A stretch of DNA of 64,000 nt from contig NC_091993.1 in NCBI RefSeq assembly GCF_044704955.1, forward strand, positions 128,650,001 through 128,714,000, read 5' to 3'. The notes under the pieces were generated by a model. That model had not been told where the DNA came from. It ran no database searches and saw only the letters and a program-made list of their open reading frames with translations. Every line of letters starts with the position of its first letter. Position 1 is the first letter of the stretch. Position numbers and translations under genes: made by a program. The stretch is from Pristiophorus japonicus. Lineage: Eukaryota. Of this stretch, positions 45,047-58,054 are shown one piece after another.

Positions 45047-48000
45047 GGGCGGAGACTGTCCTGTCCCCGGGGGAGACTGTCCTGTCCCCGGGGGAGACTG
45101 TCCTGTCCCCGGGGGAGACTGTCCTGTCCCCGGGGAGACTGTCCTGCTCTGGGGGAGACTGTCCTGTCCCCGGGGAGACTGTCCTGTCCCCGGGGGAGAC
45201 TGTCCTGTTCCCGGGCGAGACTGTCCTGTTCCCGGGGGAGACTGTCATGTCCCCGGGGGAGACTGTCCTGTTCTGGGGGAGACTGTCATGTCCCCGGGGA
45301 GACTGTCCTGTCCCGGGGGAGACTGTCCTGTCCCCGGGGAGACTGTCCTGTTCTGGGAGAGACTGTCCTGTCCCCGGGGAGACTGTCCTGTCCCCGGGGA
45401 GACTGTCCTGTCCCCGGGGAGACTGTCCTGTTCCAGGGGAGACTGTCCTGTCCCCGGGGAGACTGTCCTGTCCCTGGGGAGAGACTGTCCTGTCCCTGGG
45501 GAGAGACTGTCCTGTCCCTGGGGGGAGACTGTCCTGTCCCTGGGGGAGACTGTCCTGTCCCCGGGGAGACTGTCCTGTCCCGGGGGAGACTGTCCTGTCC
45601 CCGGGGAGACTGTCCTGTTCTGGGAGAGACTGTCCTGTCCCCGGGGAGACTGTCCTGTCCCCGGGGAGACTGTCCTGTCCCCGGGGAGACTGTCCTGTTC
45701 CAGGGGAGACTGTCCTGTCCCCGGGGAGACTGTCCTGTCCCTGGGGAGAGACTGTCCTGTCCCTGGGGAGAGACTGTCCTGTCCCTGGGGGGAGACTGTC
45801 CTGTCCCTGGGGGAGACTGTCCTGTCCCCGGGGAGACTGTCCTGTCCCCGGGGGAGACTGTCCTGTTCCCGGGGGAGACTGTCATGTCCCCGGGGGAGAC
45901 TGTCATGTCCCCGGGGAGACTGTCCTGTTCTGGGGGAGACTGTCCTGTTCCCGGGGGAGACTGTCCTGTTCCCGGGGGAGACTGTCATGTCCCCGGGGGA
46001 GACTGTCATGTCCCCGGGGGAGACTGTCATGTCCCCGGGGGAGACTGTCCTGTTCTGGGGGAGACTGTCATGTCCCCGGGGAGACTGTCATGTCCCCGGG
46101 GAGACTGTCCTGTTCTGGGGGAGACTGTCCTGTCACCGGGGAGACTGTCCTGTTCTGGGGGAGACTGTCCTGTCCCCGGGGAGACTGTCCTGTCCCCGGG
46201 GAGACTGTCCTGTCCCCGGGGAGACTGTCCTGTCCCCGGGGAGACTGTCCTGTTCCGGGGGAGACTGTCCTGTTCCGGGGGAGACTGTCCTGTCCCGGGG
46301 GAGACTGTCCTGTCCCGGGGAAACTGTCCTGTCCCCGGGGGAGACTGTCCTGTCCCCGGGGGAGACTGTCCTGTCCCCGGGGGAGACTGTCCTGTCCCCG
46401 GGGGAGACTGTCCTGTCCCCGGGGGGACTGTCCTGTCCCCGGGGAGACTGTCCTGTCCCCGGGGAGACTGTCCTGTCCCCGGGGGAGACTGTCCTGTCCC
46501 CGGGGGAGACTGTCCTGTCCCCGGGGAGACTGTCCTGCTCTGGGGGAGACTGTCCTGTCCCCGGGGAGACTGTCCTGTCACCGGGGGAGACTGTCCTGTC
46601 CCCGGGGGAAACTGTCCTGTCCCCGGGGAGACTGTCCTGCTCTGGGGGAGACTGTCCTGTCCCCGGGGAGACTGTCCTGTCCCCGGGGGAGACTGTCCTG
46701 TCCCCGGGGGAAACTGTCCTGTCCCCAGGGAGACTGTCCAGTCCCCGGGGAGACTGTCATGTCCCCGGGGGAGACTGTCCTGTTCTGGGAGAGACTGTCA
46801 TGTCCCCGGGGAGACTGTCCTGTTCTGGGGGAGACTGTCCTGTTCCCGGGGGAGACTGTCCTGTCCCCGGGGGAAACTGTCCTGTCCCCGGGGGAAACTG
46901 TCCTGTCCCCGGGGAGACTGTCCTGCTCTGGGGGAGACTGTCCTGTCCCCGGGGAGACTGTCCTGTCCCCGGGGGAGACTGTCCTGTCCCCGGGGGAGAC
47001 TGTCCTGTCCCCGGGGAGACTGTCCTGTCCCCGGGGAGACTGTCCTGTCCCCGGGGGAGACTGTCCTGTCCCCGGGGTAAACTGTCCTGTCCCCAGGGAG
47101 ACTGTCCAGTCCCCGGGGAGACTGTCCTGTCCCTGGGGGGAGACTGTCCTGTCCCTGGGGGAGACTGTCCTGTCCCCGGGGGAGACTGTCCTGTCCCCGG
47201 GGGAGACTGTCCTGTCCCCGGGGGAGACTGTCCTGTTCCCGGGGGAGACTGTCATGTCCCCGGGGGAGACTGTCCTGTTCTGGGGGAGACTGTCATGTCC
47301 CCGGAGAGACTGTCCTGTTCTGGGGGAGACTGTCCTGTTCCCGGGGGAGACTGTCCTGTTCCCGGGGAAGACTGTCATGTCCCCGGGGGAGACTGTCCTG
47401 TTCTGGGGGAGACTGTCCTGTTCTGGGGGAGACTGTCATGTCCCCGGGGAGACTGTCCTGTTCTGGGGGAGACTGTCCTGTCCCCGGGGAGACTGTCCTG
47501 TTCTGGGGGAGACTGTCCTGTCCCCGGGGAGACTGTCCTGTCCCCGGGGAGACTGTCCTGTCCCCGGGGAGACTGTCCTGTTCCGGGGGAGACTGTCCTG
47601 TTCCGGGGGAGACTGTCCTGTCCCGGGGGAGACTGTCCTGTCCCGGGGAAACTGTCCTGTCCCCGGGGGAGACTGTCCTGTCCCCGGGGGAGACTGTCCT
47701 GTCCCCGGGGAGACTGTCCTGTCCCCGGGGAGACTGTCCTGTCCCCGGGGGAGACTGTCCTGTCCCCGGGGGAGACTGTCCTGTCCCCGGGGGAGACTGT
47801 CCTGTCCCCGGGGAGACTGTCCTGCTCTGGGGGAGACTGTCCTGTCCCCGGGGAGACTGTCCTGTCACCGGGGGAGACTGTCCTGTCCCCGGGGGAAACT
47901 GTCCTGTCCCCGGGGAGACTGTCCTGCTCTGGGGGAGACTGTCCAGTCCCCGGGGAGACTGTCCTGTCCCCGGGGGAGACTGTCCTGTCCCCGGGGGAGA

Positions 48001-48340
48001 CTGTCCTGTCCCCGGGGAGACTGTCCTGTCCCCGGGGGAGACTGTCCTGTCCCCGGGGGAAACTGTCCTGTCCCCAGGGAGACTGTCCAGTCCCCGGGGA
48101 GACTGTCCTGTCCCCAGGGAGACTGTCCTGTCCCGGGGGAGACTGTCCTGTCCCCGGGGAGATTGTCCTGTCCCCGGGGAAACTGTCCTGTCCCCGGGGA
48201 GATTGTCCTGTCCCCGGGGGAGACTGTCCTGTCCCCGGGGAGACTGTCCTGCTCTGGGGGAGACTGTCCAGTCCCCGGGGAGACTGTCCTGTCCCCGGGG
48301 AGACTGTCCTGTCCCGGGGGAGACTGTCCTGTCCCCGGGT
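45047..48340. repeat. 3.3-kb 20/21-bp satellite, ~160 units
   Basis: GGGG(G)AGACTGTCCTGTCCCC with recurring variants. Confidence 0.98.
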
Positions 48341-48745
48341 GGTCCGGTGATGTGGACTGAGCGAGTGGTGGAACATAAATCTTTCTATACGGACGTCTCA
48401 GAGCCAGCGAGGGTGTCTGCAGCTCCGAAGCTCCCCTGTGTCGGGGCTGACCCCAGGCCTGTGCTGTGCAGCTGGACTGAATTTCAATTCAGTTTTAAAA
48501 ATCTGGAAATAAGAAGCTCCTCTCAGTAAAAGTGAGCATGAAGCTGTCAGATTGCTGTAAAAACCCAACTGGTTACTGCTGTCCTTCAGAGAATGAAACC
48601 TGCCATCCTTACCCAGCCTGAGCTCACATTACAACAGTGACTGCACTCCAAAACTACTTCATTGGCTAAAAAGCGCTTTGGGATGTCTGGTGGTTGTGAA
48701 AGGTGCTATATAAATGCAAGTCCTTCCTCCCCTTCCCTTTTTTAT

Positions 48746-49582
48746 TTACAGCACGGAAGGAGGCCATTCGGCCCATCGTGTCTGTGCCGGCCGACAAAGA
48801 GCTACCCAGCCTAATCCCACTTTCCAGCTCTCGGTCCGTAGCCCTGCAGGTTACGGCACTTTAAGTGCACATCCAAGTACTTGATAAATGTGGTGAGGGT
48901 TTCTGCCTCTACCACCCTTTCAGGCCGTGAGTTCCAGACCCCCACCACCCTCTGGGTGAAGACATTTCCCCTCAAATCCCCTCTAAACCTCCCCCCAATT
49001 ACTTTCAATCTATGACCCCTGGTTATTGACCCCTCTGCTAAGGGAAGCAGGTCCTTCCTACCCATCTATCCAGGCCCCTTATAATTTTATACATCTCAAT
49101 AAAATCTCCCCTCAGCCTCCTCTGTTCCAAAGAAAACAGCCCCAGCCTATCCAATCTTTCCTCATCGCTAAAATTCTCCACTCCCAGCAACATCCTCGTA
49201 AATCTCCTCTGTACCCTCTCTAGTGCAATCACGTCCTTCCCGTAATGTGGTGACCAGAACTGCATGCAGTACTCCAGCTGTGGCCTAACCAGTGTTTTAT
49301 ACAGTTCAAGCATAAACACCCCATCTCTTGTATTCCATGCCTTGGCTAATAAAGGCAAGTATTCTGTATGCCTTCTTAACCACCTTATCTACCTACCTTC
49401 AGGGATCCTTGGATATGCACCCCAAAGTCCCTTTGTTCCTCTATACTTTTCAATGCCCTACCATTTAATGTGTATTTCCTTGCCTTGTTAACCCCTCCCC
49501 AAATGCATTCCCTCACACTTCTCTGAATTAATTTCTCTGGATTGAATTCCATTTGCCATTGCTCTGCCCACCTGCCCAGTTC
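48746..49582 (-). mobile_element. CR1 3' fragment
   Basis: LYKTLVRPQLEYCMQFWSP...TQRVVGVWNSRPE; WAEQWQMEFNPEK. Confidence 0.9.
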
Positions 49583-51548
49583 AGACCCATCAGTGCAGCT
49601 GGAGAGGGGCAATAAATGCCGGCCTTGCCAGCGACGTTGCAAGAATGAATTAACAGAAAATAACTGGATCCTTACAAATGTCCAAGTGTTGTTGCCCCTT
49701 CCCGTGATTGGGAGTGAAGTCAAGCTCTTGCAGTACTGCCTGCTGGCTTTAGATGGCAGTGTTGCGTTGCATAAAGCAGGAGGCATCAATATTATCATCT
49801 GGCTCTAATGTGAGAGGCTTGTGTCGGGAAATTGGGCACAGAGATCGTCGATTAACGGAAAACCGAGTCGTCTGTCTAACCTCCATGGCCGATTTCCATC
49901 CTCCGCCCGTGTCACGCACAGAGCTGACCCCAGGAGCGCTGAGGCCTAACTTTTAGCCCTTAGTTTCAAAACAAAATCCTGTTGCATCTCAACAACAACA
50001 AATTGCATTTATAAAGCACCTTTAACTTGGTAAAACGTCGCAAGGCGCTTCACAGGAACGATTATCAAATGGACAGACATTGGGGCAGGTGACCAAAAGC
50101 TTGGTCACAGAGGGAGGTTATACAGAGCGTCCAAGGGGGAGAGAGGTGGAGAGGTTTAGGGAGGGAGTTCCAGAGCTTGGGGCCAGGCAGCTGAAGGCCC
50201 GTCCATCAATGGTCAATGACAAGTTACGCGAAAGTTTCCTGAGAATCTCACTGGAAGTTTAAAAACCGGAGTAAACGAGTTTAACCAATGTAACAAGGGG
50301 AATATCTGCCCTCCGCCCTCCTTATCTCACTGAGTTTCTGAAGATTAAAGTTTGGAACCACCGTTTATGTGCATTAAACACAGCTCGCTTAAGACATTAC
50401 TTTTCATTTTTCAATGTAACCGATTATAATGCCATAAATAAAACATCCAAAGATTTTGGAAATATGCGGTGCAAAAATGAAATAAATTGCTAAAAAAATT
50501 GCGACAACCCACCGACGGTTTTGTGTCCCGCTACGCCTGAAATTCTGCGCGGAATTTACAGACATTCCGAAGTGGCGGAACCTCGCGCACTCTGACCTTT
50601 TGCACGGTGGGGGCGGAGCTATGTTAATGAGCTAAGTGAGATTATGCTGAACGTAACTCAGGAGTGGCGCAAATTACATCGAATATACGGCCCAGAAACA
50701 GGCCGTTCGGCCCAACCAGTCTATGCCGGCGTTTATGCTCCACTCGAGCCTCCTCCCGTCTTTCCCCATCTAAATCTATCAGCATAACCCTCTATTCCCT
50801 TCTCCCTCATATACTTGTCCAGCCTCCCCTGAAATACATCGATACTATTCGCCTCAACCCCTCCCTGTGGCAGCGAGTTCCACATTCTCACCGCTCTCTG
50901 GGTAAAGATTCAGCTGATCTGTGATTAGCGACACTCCAACATTAGCCTCGATGTTGTGCCCTTACACTGATGCTGCATCGAAGGTGACGAAGAAATTCTG
51001 GGCCATTTGAATCAATTTAAGTTTGGTCTGGAGTCAGTCCACGATGGGTTAAGGAGAGGTGAGTTCCTCTCGAAGAACCTTTGCAGAATTTGGGGGGAAA
51101 CACAAATATATTTCAGAGAGTGGCGAAGATCAGTCACTTGGCCACAGGCTTTGCAAGATTTACTTTGCGGAATCCTCGTGCAGAAACGACCCATCTTCCC
51201 TCCCGTCAGACAAATCTAAACCAAATCAGTTCACCGTCAGCGAATCGGTGACATGTCGGTCCCAGCTTGCCCCCTGTTCCCAGCCCAGCCGGAGGAGGCT
51301 CATGGGCTGAATGCAGGCCCAACAGGTCACAATCCAATCACACCAATCGTGGTCGAACACTGACGATTACAAGAGTAAATGAAACGTTAGCTTTTCCCCA
51401 TCGCTTGGTTAGCATAACCTTTCATCTCCAGAACCAAAGTATTGGTTATTACACAACTGGTGACCCCACTCTTGTGTGACATTTTGAAAACTATTGTAAA
51501 CTTAGCATAACATTAAAAAAATGAACAAACTTCTCCATTTATGTCACT

Positions 51549-52045
51549 CCGTGCTGTACCTGCCCTGGGAGAGTTTGATGGGACAGTGTAGAGGGAACTT
51601 TACTCTGTATCTAACCCCGTGCTATACCTGCCCTGGGAGTGTTTGATGGGACAGTGTAGAGGGAGCTTTACTCTGTATCTAACCCCCTGTACCTGCCCTG
51701 GGAGTGTTTGATGGGACAGTGTAGAGGGAGCTTTACTCTGTATCTAACCCGTGCTGTACCTGCCCTGGGAGTGTTTGATGGGACAGTGTAGAGGGAACTT
51801 TACTCTGTATCTAACCCCGTGCTATACCTGCCCTGGGAGTATTTGATGGGACAGTGTAGAGGGAGCTTTACTCTGTATCTAACCCCATGTACCTGCCCTG
51901 GGAGTGTTTGATGGGACAGTGTAGAGGGAGCTTTACTCTGTATCTAACCCCCTGTACCTGCCCTGGGAGAGTTTGATGGGACAGTGTAGAGGGAGGTTTA
52001 CTCTGTATCTAACCCGTGTTGTACCTGCCCCGGGAGTGTTTGATG
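51549..52045. repeat. 65-67-bp satellite, ~7.5 units
   Basis: Same unit and orientation as 16395-17268. Confidence 0.95.
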
Positions 52046-52197
52046 CTGGACTGGTTGCCTGGTTTAAACCATGTCCTATTTCCAAGTGCTGATATCCATC
52101 TTGTGGAGTCTGGTATTTGAGGTGTCCCAGACAGCAGGACATTCAGGCTCCATGTTCCACCCACCCTCTCCATGGCTGGTGTGCCCGCGAGGTCATT

Positions 52198-53095
52198 GGA
52201 ACACAGGAACAGGAGGAGGCCCATTCAGACTCTCGAGCCTGTTACACAGGAACAGGAGGAGGCCCATTCAGCCCCTCGAACCTGTTACACAGGAACAGGA
52301 GGAGGCCCATTCAGCCCCCCGAGCCTGTTACACAGGAACAGGAGGAGGCCCATTCAGCCCCTCGAGCCTGTTACACAGGAACAGGAGGAGGCCTATTCAG
52401 CCCCCCGAGCCTGTTACACAGGAACAGGAGGAGGCCATTCAGTCCCTCGAGTCTGTTACACAGGAACAGGAGGAGGCCCATTCAGCCCCTCGAGCCTGTT
52501 ACACAGGAACAGGAGGAGGCCATTCAGTCCCTCAAGCCTGTTACACAGGAACAGGAGGAGGCCGTTCAGCCCCTCGAGCCTGTTACACAGGAACAGGAGG
52601 AGGCCCATTCAGCCCCTCGAGCCTGTTACACAGGAACAGGAGGAGGCCCATTCAGCCCCTCGAGCCTGTTACACAGAAACAGGAGGAGGCCCATTCAGCC
52701 CCTCGAGCCTGTTACACAGAAACAGGAGACCCATTCAGGCCCTCGTCTGTTCTGCCATTCAATCAGATCATGGCTGATCTGTACCTTAGCACCATCTACA
52801 CGTCTTGGTTTCGTGACCCTTAATACCCTTACCCAACAAAAGCTTATCAATCTCAGTTTTGACATTTTCAATTGACTCCCGGCATCCACAGCTTTTTGGG
52901 GGAGAGAGTTCCAGATTCCCTTTGTGTGAAGAAGTGCTCCCTGACATCACCCCTGAACGGCCTGGCTCTAATTTTAATGTTCTGCACCTTGTTCTGGACT
53001 GCCCCCACCAGAGGGAAAAGTCTCTCTCGATCTACTCCATCGACTCCTTTAATCATCGTAAACACCTCGATCAGATCACCTGCTAATCTTCTACC
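52198..53095 (-). mobile_element. CR1 3' fragment whose terminal 43 bp is tandemly repeated ~12-13 times (52198-52745)
   Basis: Unit ACACAGGAACAGGAGGAGGCCCATTCAGCCCCTCGAGCCTGTT runs directly into CTGCCATTCAATCAGATCATGGCTGATCTG and ORF2 remnants (GDLIEVFTMIKG). Confidence 0.92.
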
Positions 53096-53984
53096 CTGGA
53101 GGGAAGGCGAGCCCAGTCTGGGAACCTGCTCCCGTATTTTGGGACTATTAGCAGCAATACATTTTACCAACCCGTCCACCTCCAGTCTGTAATATATATT
53201 GAAGTGTGTGCTCTCACGAGTTCACAAGGAGAGTTTTTTGAAGATTACACCAAGTGATTTGATTCACTTTATTCCGTGTGCAGTATTCGAGGCTCAGGAA
53301 CTGAACAATTGTGTTTCTATGTCGCAGTCACTCGGGGAATTCAGAATCTAAATGAAAAAACATTTCTAACATATGACTTTCTGTGTGTGCTGTGAAGGAA
53401 AAGATTGAGAACCTTTTCATGTCGGTACAATACTGAATATGATATTGTACCATTAACTCTCTATCAATGGAGGATCAAATTGCGTACTCAGGGATTAGTG
53501 CCCCTCCCCCACTCCCTGCCCTCACCCCAGCTCGGGAGACTTCAATAACTCTAATTAGGTAACTGAAATGAAAATGGGAAAATAAGGTGCCAATTTGCAG
53601 CGCGCAGAGCTAGAAGATCAAAATCAGGTTAAGAGCAATTAACGTGGCCCAGTCTGGGGCTGGAGAAAGAACCTTCTCCGCTTCATTGTGAAGTCTTTCA
53701 TTTAATTCCTGCTGCTCAGTGTCGGGTAAACGGATTATGTTCAAGGACACGTGTAGCCAGATATGACCTTGTGCTTTTTTTTTGTAATAAAGAGATTCTG
53801 TTTTATTATATAATACAATACCACAGAGCGGTTTAAAACAGCGATTCCTGAACAGACTTCACGGGGACAGCATGAAATGATTCCGACTGACAAAGTTCCT
53901 CTGCTCATCTCTGCCCCTCAGTTTAGTCTTCAAGGTCGTCGTGTGTTCGTTTTGTGGGTCACATTTTAAGGAAAAGAGTGACAA

Positions 53985-54373
53985 CCTGGCTTTTCAAACC
54001 CCTCCCTGGCCTCCTCGCCCCCTCCCTATCTCTGTAATCTCCTCCAGCCTCACAACCCCCCCGAGATCTCTGCGCTCCTCTAATTCTGCCCTCTTGAGCA
54101 TGCCTGATTATAATCGTTCCACCATCGGTGGCCCTGCCTTCTGTTGCCTGGGCCCCAAGCTCTGGAACTCCCTCCCTTAACCTCTCCGTCTCTCTGCCCC
54201 TCTCTCCTCCTTCAAGATGCTCCTTAAACCCTACCTCTTTGACCCAGCTTTTGGTCACCTGCGCTAATTTCTACTTCTGCGGCTCGGTGTCAAATTTCTA
54301 TCCCATAATACTCCTGTGAAGTGGCTCGGGACGTTTCACTACGTTAAAGGCGCTATATAAATACAAGTTGTTG
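53985..54373 (+). mobile_element. L2-clade LINE 3' fragment
   Basis: RSLRSSNSALL...AFCCLGPKLWNSLP; tail AAAGGCGCTATATAAATACAAGTTGTTG. Confidence 0.85.
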
Positions 54374-55624
54374 AAAGTAGCTCTGTGAACAACAGCAGCC
54401 TCCCTCCCCAATGAATCCAATGAAGTGATGCCGAGACCAGTACTGCAAGTTTGAGGGAATGCTACCCTCATTAATTAGTGTAGAAATTAAGAGCGATTCG
54501 TTTTGACATTAATAAATTAGTGGGTCGAGATCAGCTGAAATATTATCTAAAATAATGATGTTCATTTTAAGGTTTGAACATAACATTTATAACCCAGTTC
54601 CCCAGTGGCTGCAGCGTATCTGATCAAGTCCCTCATTTTATGGGCTCTGTAAAATAAAAATAAGTACAAAGTTTAGAGATATTTTTTCCGCACAATAGAT
54701 TATGACGTTGAAAAATATATTTGATTTCAGTACCCTTACCTTCCCACATTACAACAGTGACTACACTCCAAAACGACTTCATTGGCTGTAAAGCGCTTTG
54801 AGACGTCTGGTGTTCGTGAAAGGCGCTATATAAATGCAAGTCTTTCTTCCACCAGTGTCAGCTGTGGCTCAGTGGGCAGCACACCCGAGTGCTGAGTCAG
54901 AAAGTTGTGGGTTCAAGTCCCACTCCAGGGACTTGAGCATAAAAAAAAAGCCAGGCTGACACTCCAGTGCAGTACTGAGGGAGCGCCGCACTGTCGGAGG
55001 GGCAGTACTGAGGGAGTGCCGCACTGTCGGAGGGGCAGTACTGAGGGAGCGCCGCACTGTCGGAGGGGCAGTGCTGAGGGAGCGCCGCACTGTCGGAGGG
55101 GCAGTGCTGAGGGAGCGCCGCACTGTCGGAGGGGCAGTACTGAGGGAGCGCCGCACTGTCGGAGGGGCAGTACTGAGGGAGCGCCACACTGTCGGAGGGG
55201 CAGTGCTGTGGGAGTGCCGCACTGTCGGAGGGGCAGTGCTGTGGGAGCGCCGCACTGTCGGAGGGGCAGTGCTGTGGGAGTGCCGCACTGTCGGAGGGGC
55301 AGTGCTGTGGGAGCGCCGCACTGTCGGAGAGGCAGTGCTGTGGGAGTGCTGCACTGTCGGAGGGGCAGTACTGAGGGAGTGCTGCACTGTCGGAGGGGCA
55401 GTGCTGTGGGAGAGCCGCACTGTCGGAGGGGCAGTACTGAGGGAGTGCTGCACTGTCGGAGGGGCAGTGCTGTGGGAGCGCCGCACTGTCGGAGGGGCAG
55501 TACTGAGGGAGAGCCGCACTGAAGGAGATGCAGCCTTTCTGATGAGCTGGTAAACCGAGGCCCTGTCTGCTCTCTCAGGTGGATGTAAAAATCCTGTGGG
55601 AATATTTTGAAGAAGAGCAGGGGG

Positions 55625-56090
55625 GTTAGGCACTTTACAGTCTTCTGGACTCAACATCGAGTTCCACAATTTCAGAGCGTAACCTCTGGCCATCTTTGGC
55701 TCCCTTTCTCCCCCCATCTTATGTTTTTTTCTCTTTGTCTCTAATGGCAGCTGATCATTCCTCTGCTATTCACACCCTATCCAGATCAACCTTTTTCTAA
55801 CTCCTTCCATTACCATTTCAATTCGGCCCACCATCCCTTTTGTCTCTCTAATCTCTCCTGCCTACCACCCTATCACAGACCTTCCCTTGTGTTCTTCCTT
55901 CCCCTCCCCCTTTCAGTACATGTTCAGAATCCGCTCTTTCCGAACACTCTCCAGTTCTGACGAAGGGTCATCGACCCGACATATTAACTCTGTTTCTCTC
56001 TCCACAGACGCTGCCCGACCCACTGAGTGTTTCCAGCATTTTCTGTTGTTACTTCAGATTCCAGCATCCGCAGTATTTTGCTTTTGTTTG
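55625..56090 (+). mobile_element. Penelope-like 3' fragment
   Basis: Reverse-complement homologue of 10062-10550. Confidence 0.85.
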
Positions 56091-56222
56091 AGTTATCCCC
56101 GGTGTCCTGGGGCCAATATTTATCCCTCAATCAACATCACTAAAACAGATTATCTGCTCATTATCACATTATCACATTGCTGTGTGTGGGAGCTTGCTGT
56201 GAACAAATTGGCTGCTGCGTTT

Positions 56223-57161
56223 CATAAGAACATAGGAATTAGGAACAGGAGTAGGCCATCTAGCCCCTCGAGCCTGCTCCGCCATTCAACAAGATCATGG
56301 CTGATCTGGCCGTGGACTCAGCTCCACTTACCCGCCCGCTCCCCGTAACCCTTAATTCCCTTATTGGTTTAAAAATCTATCTATCTGTGACTTGAATACA
56401 TTCAATGAGCCAGCCTCAACTGCTTCCTTGGGCAGAGAATTCCACAGATTCACAACCCTCTGGGAGAAGAAATTCCTTCTCAACTCGGTTTTAAATTGGC
56501 TCCCCCGTATTTTGAGGCTGTGCCCCCTAGTTCTAGTCTCCCCGACCAGTGGAAACAACCTCTCTGCCTCTATCTTGTCTATCCCTTTCATTATTTTAAA
56601 TGTTTCTCTAAGATCACCCCTCATCCTTCTGAACTCCAACGAGTAAAGACCCAGTCTACTCAATCTATCATCATAAGGTAACCTCCTCATCTCCGGAATC
56701 AGCCTAGTGAATCGTCTCTGTACCCCCTCCAAAGCTAGTATATCCTTCCTTAAGTAAGGTGACCAAAACTGCACGCAGTACTCCAGGTGCGGCCTCACCA
56801 ATACCCTGTACAGTTGCAGCAGGACCTCCCTGCTTTTGTACTCCATCCCTCTCACAATGAAGGCCAACATCCCATTTGCCTTCCCGATTACCTGCTGCAC
56901 CTGCAAACTAACTTTTTGGGATTCATGCACAAGGACCCCCAGGTCCCTCTGCACCGCAGCATGTTGTAATTTCTCCCCATTCAAATAATATTTCCTTTTA
57001 CTGTTTTTTTTCCCAAGGTGGATGACCTCACATTTTCCGACATTGTATTCCATCTGCCAAACCTTAGCCCATTCGCTTAACCTATCTAAATCTCTTTGCA
57101 GCCTCTCTGTGTCCTCTACACAACCCGCTTTCCCACTAATCTTTGTGTCATCTGCAAATTT
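56223..57161 (-). mobile_element. CR1 3' fragment with open ORF2 C-terminus
   Basis: ORF 56361-57053 (230 aa). Confidence 0.93.
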
Positions 57162-58054
57162 TACACATTACAACAGTGACTACACTCCAAAAGCATTTCA
57201 TTCTCTGTAAAGCACTTTGGGACGTCCGATGGTCATGAAAGGCGCTATAGAAATGCAAGTCTTTCTTTCTTCCATTCACTGTTTCAAGCATGCAGGAAAA
57301 TTAATATTGGAAAGGCCAGTCCGGGCTGCGGGAAGTATCGGGACCGTTGGTGGGCGTGTAAATACTGCGATGCACAGGGTCGGTGAGTTGTGTGGGACAG
57401 GCTGGATGGTCCAAAGGGATGTCACCGGCCTGTCGTTGTTTGTTCAGACTGATTGCTATCCAATGATCCTCGCTGGAAAGAGGGAGTCAGCTGAAGACAG
57501 GCTCAGGGTGGACTGTGATGCTGTCCATGGTTAAATATCCTTTCACCCACTGTGCTGTGATGTACGGAGTCAAACAGGGTGAAGTTCCTGGATGGTGGCG
57601 GGAGTCTGTAGCCTGGGGAAGGGCGGGGGAATGAATAGTAAGTAAATGGAAAGGGTAACATGGATAAATGGCCCAATATGTCCTCAATCAATTCCCCAAT
57701 TTCCCATCAGAATGGGACTGAACTTCACCAAGAGCTCTTCGTGGATACCTGAGTTACAGAATCATAGGAGGAGGCCATTCGGCCCATTGTGGCTGTGTTG
57801 TCTCTTTGGTAGAGCTTTCCAATCTGTCCCACTCCCCACTACGCCTCCCCACAGCCCTGAGAATTTCCCCAAGTATTTATCCGATTCCCGTTTGAAAGTT
57901 GCCACCGCCTGTTCAGGCAGCACAGCGCGTTCCCGATCACAACATCTCGCTGCGTGAATGTTTGAGGGGGTTTTGCGCTGTTGCCGCGGTTGTTTGCGTG
58001 AGGGCCGCCTCTAGCGGGTGGCAACACATTGGAGACTGGCTCTGTGTCTCAGGC

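Larger units (their letters stand above)
54855..57272 (+). mobile_element. DeuSINE with 33-bp array (~17 units), interrupted by a Penelope-like end and a CR1
   Basis: SINE pieces ~54855-55624, ~56090-56223 and ~57163-57272 are collinear. Confidence 0.87.

Noticed and set aside
44952-48529. 1132-aa and 1037-aa ORFs
   Set aside because: They are translations of a stop-free 20/21-bp satellite, open in several frames on both strands, with no domain or splice context.
50970-51064. Possible exon ending at GAG|GTGAGT (IEGDEEILGHLNQFKFGLESVHDGLRR)
   Set aside because: In-frame stop just upstream, no convincing acceptor or ATG, and no recognisable homology or partner exons.
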